A stretch of DNA of 39,751 bases from an uncultured Methanospirillum sp. GTDB lineage: Archaea; Halobacteriota; Methanomicrobia; Methanomicrobiales; Methanospirillaceae. A program made the translations under genes and the position numbers. Position 1 is the stretch's first letter. Every line of letters begins with the position of its first letter. The stretch covers positions 1-39,751 of the forward strand of contig CAZWTX010000024.1 of assembly GCA_964637135.1 (NCBI GenBank), read 5' to 3'. The notes beneath the pieces are model-generated. The model was given only the letters and a program-made list of their open reading frames with translations, was not told the DNA's origin and ran no database searches. This document shows, one piece after another, positions 9,651-16,507 of the stretch.

Positions 9651-9669
9651 ATCATAGATTATCGTTGAG

Positions 9670-9682
9670 ATATATTAAATTT
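9670..9682 (-). promoter_or_regulatory. Candidate TATA box for the minus-strand RNA
   Basis: Minus strand reads AAATTTAATATAT, about 22-25 nt upstream of the 5' stem arm (9648). Confidence 0.45.
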
Positions 9683-9784
9683 AGTCATTATATGCTGATA
9701 CATAAGTAAAAGGACAGGATTTTGAAGAATTGTCTTTAGGCAACCCAAAATAAATCCCAATATGCGCGTTATAGAAGATACCAA

Positions 9785-9798
9785 TAATAATTTTTAAA
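9785..9798 (+). promoter_or_regulatory. Candidate TATA box for the transposase-like gene
   Basis: TTTTTAAA (9791-9798) ends 25 nt before GTG 9824, consistent with a leaderless or short-leader archaeal transcript. Confidence 0.5.
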
Positions 9799-9823
9799 TC
9801 CATGGTAATGCCTATTATCTAAT

Positions 9824-11359
9824 GTGAAAACGACAACCCGGGTCAAAAAGATCAACGGGCATGAGTATCTCTACGAAATCACGTATTATTACGATAAAGA
9901 AGCCCGGAGGACTCGCCAGAAAAGCAAGTACCTCGGGAAATATGTTGATGGGAAACCGGTCCGGGTCAGGGAGAAGGCAAAAAGTCCTGAACGGGTCTAT
10001 TCATACGGAGAACTCATCCCATATATCAATGCAATAAACCATCTCGGTCTCCAGCAGATTCTCTCGAATCATCTCACCGAACACGAAGTAAAACTCTTCC
10101 TGGCACTTTCACTGGCAGGACTGACCTGCCCGAATGCAATCCACAACCTGGGTGCATGGTATGATGGAACTGCCCTCTGCAGGATCAATCCCGGACTGAA
10201 AGTAACCTCCCAGACGGTAGTCAAACTTCTGAAAAAACTTGGTGAGGGCTCGCTTCCTCTTGAGGTCTGCAGATCCTGCATCGGGGAACTGACGTCAGGG
10301 GAGATGCGTACTTATGATCTTACCCTGCCCATCATGAACCAGGTGGATGACCAGGAGAGAAATGAACCGCAATTCAATGATCAGGTTCTCCTGTACTATG
10401 ACAGGGCAAAGAACATACCTGTTGCCTATATGCCCCACCTGAAGAACATGACAGCATCGGATCTGATCAAGAGTTCGACAGCTGGTATGCACCTGTTCAA
10501 CGGGAGGCATGTCACCCTCATCACCGGCAGGCAGTTCAAATCATCCATGAACCTATACAGCCTCGTCTTCAGCGGGGTCCCGTTTATTCTCCCGGTTAAT
10601 GCCGAACACGAGATTATCAGGGATGAATTAAAGCGCCACCGGACAGAACTCATGCATCCGAAGAACCTGAAGATATTCAGGGGAGAGACCCTGTTCGTCG
10701 TTCCGATAACCCTGACTGTCGAATCTGCACAGGTACATGCATACATCATCTATAGCCCACGGAAAGAAGAGGAGATCAGGGAAGAATATGCAGAAGACCT
10801 GGATCTCATTATCGAAAGCCTCCAACATGTGCCGGTTTACCGGTGGATGAACCCGGGCGAGGCAGTTTCAGATATTGCCGGCAGATATGAGCCATTTATC
10901 CAGTGGAAAGTGCAGGAAAACCGGATGGAGGTTGATCTGAAGCGCAAGGCTCTTGGAAAACATCTCAGGGAAGCCGGGCTCTCCGTCATCATCTCCTCGG
11001 GAGGAGAATTTGCCTGGGATAACTGTCTTGAATGGCTTGAAGAGCGGAAAAACGATGAAAAACTGCTCATGGACATCGTCCAGCGGTTCCATGTCTTCCC
11101 GCTCTCTGTTGATAGTGAAGCCATCCGTCACGGAGCACTCTGTATCGCGTTTATCTCCCTCATGATGGAACGATGGGCCGGAAACCACATGGCAACAAGC
11201 GGACTCCTCAACGTCTCCACACCACAGAAGATTATGCTGGAACTGAGCAAGATCAGGCTGATCGGGCTTGGCAATGACCGGACCATCATTACCGGCCTGA
11301 CCTCCAAGCAACAGGAGATCCTGAGCACACTCAAATGGCAGGCAGAGCTTCCCGCATAA
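9824..11359 (+). CDS. IS1634-family (IS4-like DDE) transposase homologue, probably catalytically inactive
   Basis: N-terminus KKINGHEYLYEITYYYDKE..RTRQKSKYLGK, YSYGE, YDLT, C-terminal GALCIAFISL and ELSKI..LTSKQQEIL all follow IS1634 architecture. The second catalytic Asp motif (DRG) reads GRQ. Confidence 0.75.
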   Translation: MKTTTRVKKINGHEYLYEITYYYDKEARRTRQKSKYLGKYVDGKPVRVREKAKSPERVYSYGELIPYINAINHLGLQQILSNHLTEHEVKLFLALSLAGLTCPNAIHNLGAWYDGTALCRINPGLKVTSQTVVKLLKKLGEGSLPLEVCRSCIGELTSGEMRTYDLTLPIMNQVDDQERNEPQFNDQVLLYYDRAKNIPVAYMPHLKNMTASDLIKSSTAGMHLFNGRHVTLITGRQFKSSMNLYSLVFSGVPFILPVNAEHEIIRDELKRHRTELMHPKNLKIFRGETLFVVPITLTVESAQVHAYIIYSPRKEEEIREEYAEDLDLIIESLQHVPVYRWMNPGEAVSDIAGRYEPFIQWKVQENRMEVDLKRKALGKHLREAGLSVIISSGGEFAWDNCLEWLEERKNDEKLLMDIVQRFHVFPLSVDSEAIRHGALCIAFISLMMERWAGNHMATSGLLNVSTPQKIMLELSKIRLIGLGNDRTIITGLTSKQQEILSTLKWQAELPA

Positions 11360-11441
11360 GGCCGAGGTATGTTGCCTAATGGGCATGATGATGTAAAAAA
11401 ACCGGTAGTTGCAGCCTATATACTATTTGCCGGAATGTCGC

Positions 11442-12341
11442 TTATTTACCACTATTTTCGGCAATTCTCTTCGAATTGTCGTTAATACGAACCTGGTTTT
11501 TCTCCACTCGTTCAACCAGCCCTTCCCGGATCAGATCATCGAGAATGCGCATGATCCGGTCAGGATCCGATCCCAGGTAATGTGAAATTTCTCCGGCAGG
11601 CAATGAATCCGTTTCCAGCAGAATTTTGAGAATTTTGCCCCGGATTTCCCGGTCTGACCCCTGGAACGGGGCCTGCCGGGAGTAATGGGAACTTCTCCGG
11701 TTCGGGTTTGCTACCGTTGTCGCAAGCCAGGTACCATAATCCATCAGGGCATAATACCATTCACGGGGGTTCCTCCAATCGAGCGCTGCACTGACAAGGG
11801 GGAGAAGATCATCATCATGAACGGTCGTCCCGGCCGGGAAGAAATGGTGGATAAACACGCGACGGATGTTTGTCTCAATAAAGACCGATTCATGGTTGAA
11901 TGCAAACGCCGCAATGGAACCGGCAGTAGCGGGGCCGATACCGGGCAGCTTGACCAGTTCTACAGGATCACGGGGGAGGACTCCACTATACTGCTCAATG
12001 ACAATCATTGCAATCTGCTGGAGATACCGGGCCCGGCGGTTATACCCGAGGCCCTGCCATGCACGGAGGACATCCCCGAATGGTGCGGAGGCAAGCGGGC
12101 CAAAACCGGGAAAACGGGCAACGAATGCGGGAAATTTTTCCATGACCCGGGGAACCTGCGTCTGCTGGAGCATCAGTTCAGATACGACAACCCGGTACGG
12201 GGAGATATCATCACGCCATGGCATCGGCCTGCGATGCTGTGCATAAAACGAGCGGATCATCTCCCTGAACGCAATGATATCTTCAGGATTCCCTGGGGTA
12301 AAGGGAGCATCCTCCGGGAAAAGCGGTTGCTGTCCTGACAT
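11442..12341 (-). CDS. mutY: MutY-like HhH-GPD adenine glycosylase (no Fe-S cluster motif)
   Basis: RRPMPWR, VVSELMLQQTQVPRV, WQGLGYNRRA, LPGIGPATA, ETNIRRV, ALMDYG. Start placed at ATG 12341. Confidence 0.87.
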   Translation of the reverse strand: MSGQQPLFPEDAPFTPGNPEDIIAFREMIRSFYAQHRRPMPWRDDISPYRVVVSELMLQQTQVPRVMEKFPAFVARFPGFGPLASAPFGDVLRAWQGLGYNRRARYLQQIAMIVIEQYSGVLPRDPVELVKLPGIGPATAGSIAAFAFNHESVFIETNIRRVFIHHFFPAGTTVHDDDLLPLVSAALDWRNPREWYYALMDYGTWLATTVANPNRRSSHYSRQAPFQGSDREIRGKILKILLETDSLPAGEISHYLGSDPDRIMRILDDLIREGLVERVEKNQVRINDNSKRIAENSGK

Positions 12342-12396
12342 CCGGCGGTACCGCATGGGAGAAAAAAGAAGATAGTCATACCGCAGATGATCGTGT

Positions 12397-13329
12397 ATGG
12401 CAACCCGGGTGCCGGCGTATGCATCATTGGGGCAGGGAGAACTCCACAGACGCGCTGATCTACTGAGGAGTCTCTCTTCACCCTGCCGGATTTGTCCCCG
12501 GAAATGCATGATCATGCGGGACAGGGGTGAGCGGGGATTCTGCCAGGCAGGCATCCTCCCCTGGATATCCTCGTTCGGTCCCCACCATGGGGAAGAGCGG
12601 GTCATTTCGGGGATACATGGTTCAGGAACGGTGTTCTTTACTGGGTGTTCCCTTGGGTGTATCTTCTGTCAGAACGATGAGATCAGTCATAGATGCCGCG
12701 GACAGGAGATCACCGGAGATGAACTTGCAGAGACCTTTCTCCACTTACAGAACCAGGGCTGCCATAATATCAACCTCGTCACGCCGACCCACCAGGTTGC
12801 CGCTATCATGGATGCCCTCTGCATGGCCGCTGAGCGGGGACTTACTCTTCCGATCGTCTATAACACAGGAGGGTATGACAACCCGGAAGTTCTCCGGCTC
12901 CTGGACGGGGTTATCGACATCTACATGCCAGATGCCAAGTTCTTCAGGGCGGAAACGGCAACTACCCTCGCAGGGGTGCCGGATTATCCGGGTATCATGC
13001 AGGAGGCGATCCGGGAGATGCACCGGCAGACCGGTGAACTCGTGATCAGGAACGGGATAGCAGTACACGGTCTTCTCATACGCCATCTTCTCATACCTGG
13101 CTTCCTTGAGGATTCAGCAGAGATCTGCAGATTCATCGCCAGGGAACTATCCCCGGAGACCTGGGTCCATCTCATGGACCAGTACCACCCTGCCGGGAGG
13201 GTTCTGGCAGACCTGGATTCTTCATCACCGCTAAAACGACGGATAACGATGGGGGAATGGAAAGAAGCATGTAGATCTGCATACCGGGCAGGTCTTCACC
13301 GGGTTGAGGGCTGTTCCGGGACAATCTGA
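12397..13329 (+). CDS. PflX-like radical SAM protein
   Basis: CSLGCIFCQN (CxxxCxxC), N-terminal CRICPRKC..GFC, HHGEE, GCHNINLVTPTH, DIYMPDAK, IRHL, MDQYHP. Confidence 0.87.
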   Translation: MATRVPAYASLGQGELHRRADLLRSLSSPCRICPRKCMIMRDRGERGFCQAGILPWISSFGPHHGEERVISGIHGSGTVFFTGCSLGCIFCQNDEISHRCRGQEITGDELAETFLHLQNQGCHNINLVTPTHQVAAIMDALCMAAERGLTLPIVYNTGGYDNPEVLRLLDGVIDIYMPDAKFFRAETATTLAGVPDYPGIMQEAIREMHRQTGELVIRNGIAVHGLLIRHLLIPGFLEDSAEICRFIARELSPETWVHLMDQYHPAGRVLADLDSSSPLKRRITMGEWKEACRSAYRAGLHRVEGCSGTI

Positions 13330-14690
13330 TCGGCAAGTATCCAGATACGCCCGATATATGCATCAAGACGAAATTTCCGCCGGAGACCGGCGTCATTCAT
13401 ATACCGGATCATCCCATACACCGGCTGTTCCTTCCAGGGGCGGTCATGCTTTCCAAAACACCAGGCAACCCCGGTATATCCGTTCGGATCGCGACCGTCA
13501 CATTGATACCGGTCATTCAGACTGACGGCAATCCCGTATCCCTCTTCAGGTGTTCTGCTCCACTCAAGGATCTTCTTTCCCCAGTACATCCTGAGGTACC
13601 CGTGCAGGTTCCCGGTGAGTTTCAATTCAGTCTGCATGGCATTCCAGGCCGGATCATGTGTACCGGCTTGATCAAACTCCGCGATGGAGTAGACGTACTC
13701 CCGCTCATCCTCCCCATGTGCAAGGAGGGTTTTTTTACACCAGGCAGGTAGTCCTTCAAACCGATCATAGTGTGGATTATAGTGACAGTAATTGAAGGCA
13801 AGTTCCCTCCTGACGATCAGTTGTTCCAGAAATGCATGACCTCCGGGTGACCGGGCAGCAATCACTTCCCTCGCGAGCCATGATGGAGATATGTGCCCGA
13901 AATGAAGATAAGGGCTCAATCCTGATATCGCCCGTGCTGCAGGGTCATTACGTGCACTCTCATATCGCTCAAGCCCGTTTGCCATGAATTCACGAAACCG
14001 GGACTCTGCCTCGGCTGTTCCCCCGTGAATGGTACATGCAGGCACGGTTTGGTCAAGAGACAGCGGGGCCAGTGCCTCATCGGGAAGATCAAGAGGAACC
14101 GCTCCCGGTGCATATCCAAGAGAGGAAACCAGTACACCCGGGATTTCCACCGGGGCCAGGAATTCCAAAATCTGGCCGGATATTTTCCGGCGGAAGGTTG
14201 CTGCAGACCACTCCTCTTTCGGCGAGGCCGACCTGATCGGAACAACCAGGTTGGATTCCACGGTTGCAACCGGGCAGGAGATCCGTGAAAAGACCTCCCG
14301 CTGCCATTCCCGTGACACGGTAAGGTAGGCCATATCAGTCACGAGAAGGATGGCATCCCCGGCATATGACGGGATGATGTCAACCGGACTTCCATATTCC
14401 ACGATCATCCTGATTCCCATCTCCTCAAGGGAGCGCGAACATTCGGCGATCCCCTCAACCAGAAACCGGTACGCACGGATCGTCGGCGACGGCCAGGAGC
14501 CGGTCAGGGAGAAAACAACAATAAGGGGCTTTTTTGCCTGGTTTGCCGCTGAAATCGCGTACGCCAGGGCATGATTTTCCCGGGTCCTGACTGCCGCCTG
14601 CATCCAGTACAGAACGTATGAGCCTGTCCCAGCCGAGCCCTCACGGGCAGAACCATCCCCGGCCCCTGTTATCCGTGCCGGATGGATCAT
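13296..14690 (-). CDS. phr: Class II CPD DNA photolyase
   Basis: VLYWMQAAVR..NHAL, SGLSPYLHFGHIS, FLEQLIVRRELA, THDPAWNA, HGYLRMYWGKKILEWS, DGRDPNGY, HDRPW. Confidence 0.95.
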   Translation of the reverse strand: MIHPARITGAGDGSAREGSAGTGSYVLYWMQAAVRTRENHALAYAISAANQAKKPLIVVFSLTGSWPSPTIRAYRFLVEGIAECSRSLEEMGIRMIVEYGSPVDIIPSYAGDAILLVTDMAYLTVSREWQREVFSRISCPVATVESNLVVPIRSASPKEEWSAATFRRKISGQILEFLAPVEIPGVLVSSLGYAPGAVPLDLPDEALAPLSLDQTVPACTIHGGTAEAESRFREFMANGLERYESARNDPAARAISGLSPYLHFGHISPSWLAREVIAARSPGGHAFLEQLIVRRELAFNYCHYNPHYDRFEGLPAWCKKTLLAHGEDEREYVYSIAEFDQAGTHDPAWNAMQTELKLTGNLHGYLRMYWGKKILEWSRTPEEGYGIAVSLNDRYQCDGRDPNGYTGVAWCFGKHDRPWKEQPVYGMIRYMNDAGLRRKFRLDAYIGRIWILADQIVPEQPSTR

Positions 14691-16507
14691 CAGGTTCTCC
14701 GGAAGAGTTTTTCGAGATGCTCACGGGAGAAGGTCAGTACCGTCGGCCTCCCGTGCGGGCAGGTGAATGGTTCAGCAGTGATAGCCAGCTGGTGTATCAA
14801 CTCTTCTGCCTGGTCAGCTGTCAGGTGAGTTCCTGCCTTAACCGCACCCCGGCAGGAGACCATCTTCATGACCATCTCACCAAGCCGTTCGGGATCATTC
14901 CCTGTCAGGGAAGCAGCGAGGATCTCCCTGACTGCAGCAGGATCCTCGTTCCTCCCGAGCACCACGGGAACACCCCTCACACACCAGGTCTCCTTCCCGA
15001 ACGGTTCTATCATGAATCCTTCACCGGAAAGAACGGGGAGAACTTCAGGCATCCGGGCAGTTTCCGAAGGGGAGAGAGAGAGTACCACCGGTACGATCAG
15101 TTCCTGGGTTCTGACTCCGGTCTCATGATCCTGTTTCAGCTGGTCATACCGTATCCGTTCATGGGCGGCATGCTGATCAACCAGGAGCAGGTCACCCCCT
15201 TCATTCTCGAAGACGAGATACATGGCAGCAATCTGGCCGACATAGGACAGTCCGTCCAGCCCTTCGTGGATTGACGGTACGGCCTGGTCACCCGTGAGGC
15301 GGGTCTGCTGGAGCTGCCTCGTGGTTGCCCGGTATCCGGAAAGCGTCGCTTCGCAGACCTGTCGTGATGTCGATGTAGTGAGGGCATACCTGCCGGGAGC
15401 GGGGACCCTGTCACCGGCAGGGCCTGATCCATGGTTATCGGTATAATCAGTGATTGTCCGGGTATGCATTTCATCAGTGGCCGGGAAAACCGTTTCATGT
15501 GCCCTCAGAGTCTCTCTGACCGCCTCGGTCACCGTATTGAATACCAGGTTTTCATCAGAGAACCGGACCTCACGTTTTGTCGGGTGAATATTGGCATCAA
15601 TCTTTGCCGGGTCAAGGCTGATACCGATCACCACTACAGGATACAGGGAAGCCGGAAGGAGGGTTCCATATCCCCTCCTGATCGCATACCCGATCCTCGC
15701 CGAGGTGATAACCCTCCCGTTCACCGACAGGAGTATCCGCTGTGGATTCTGCCGGGTAAGGGCTGGCCCGGAGATATACCCCCTCACCGTCACCCCTGAG
15801 GATGAATGATCCACCGCGAGCATCGATCCGGTCTCATCTCCATACAGGATCCGGATAACCCCGGCGAGATCAGACGAACCATGGGTGGAGAGTTTCTCCT
15901 GCCCGTTGAGGAGATAGCGAAAGGTGATGCCCGGATGCGTGAGAGAGAATATTTCAACCATCCTGATAAGGTGGGAGAGTTCGGTCTGGAGGCTCTTGAG
16001 GAATTTCCGCCTCGCTGGCGTGGTATGAAAGATATCGGCAACAGTGATCGCGGTCCCTTCCGGAGCACCGGTCTCTCCTTCTTCAAGGATCATCCCCCCG
16101 CTGATGACGATCCGGTACGCCGCCGGCTGATCTTCCGGCCGGGTGACCATCGTGACCTGTGCTATCGCGGCAATACTGGAAAGCGCCTCTCCCCTGAACC
16201 CGAGCGTCAGGCAATCGTCGAGATCCCCGACAGTCCGGATCTTACTTGTCGCATGAGGAAGAAAGGCCGTCGGGACCTGGCCGGCAGGGATACCAGACCC
16301 GTTATCGGTCACCCGTATCAGGTCGATCTCTTTCTTTCCTGTGGCGACCTCGATGGAAATCCGGTCAGCCCCGGCATCGATGGCATTTTCCACGAGTTCC
16401 TTGAGGATCGATGCAGGTCGTTCCACAACCTCTCCTGCGGCGATCTGGTTGACGGTTTCCTCGGCAAGAACCCTGATGAAGGAGTGTTCATCAGGCATTT
16501 CGCTCAC
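14690..16507 (-). CDS. mutL: DNA mismatch repair endonuclease MutL
   Basis: NQIAAGEVVERPAS, TLGFRGEAL, DANIHPTKREV, endonuclease motifs DQHAAHER, SCRGAVK and CPHGRP. Start may be 16498. Confidence 0.97.
   Translation of the reverse strand: MSEMPDEHSFIRVLAEETVNQIAAGEVVERPASILKELVENAIDAGADRISIEVATGKKEIDLIRVTDNGSGIPAGQVPTAFLPHATSKIRTVGDLDDCLTLGFRGEALSSIAAIAQVTMVTRPEDQPAAYRIVISGGMILEEGETGAPEGTAITVADIFHTTPARRKFLKSLQTELSHLIRMVEIFSLTHPGITFRYLLNGQEKLSTHGSSDLAGVIRILYGDETGSMLAVDHSSSGVTVRGYISGPALTRQNPQRILLSVNGRVITSARIGYAIRRGYGTLLPASLYPVVVIGISLDPAKIDANIHPTKREVRFSDENLVFNTVTEAVRETLRAHETVFPATDEMHTRTITDYTDNHGSGPAGDRVPAPGRYALTTSTSRQVCEATLSGYRATTRQLQQTRLTGDQAVPSIHEGLDGLSYVGQIAAMYLVFENEGGDLLLVDQHAAHERIRYDQLKQDHETGVRTQELIVPVVLSLSPSETARMPEVLPVLSGEGFMIEPFGKETWCVRGVPVVLGRNEDPAAVREILAASLTGNDPERLGEMVMKMVSCRGAVKAGTHLTADQAEELIHQLAITAEPFTCPHGRPTVLTFSREHLEKLFRRT

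Noticed and set aside
9824..11359. Active insertion sequence
   Set aside because: Catalytic motifs are degenerate, and there are no long TIRs or target-site duplication.
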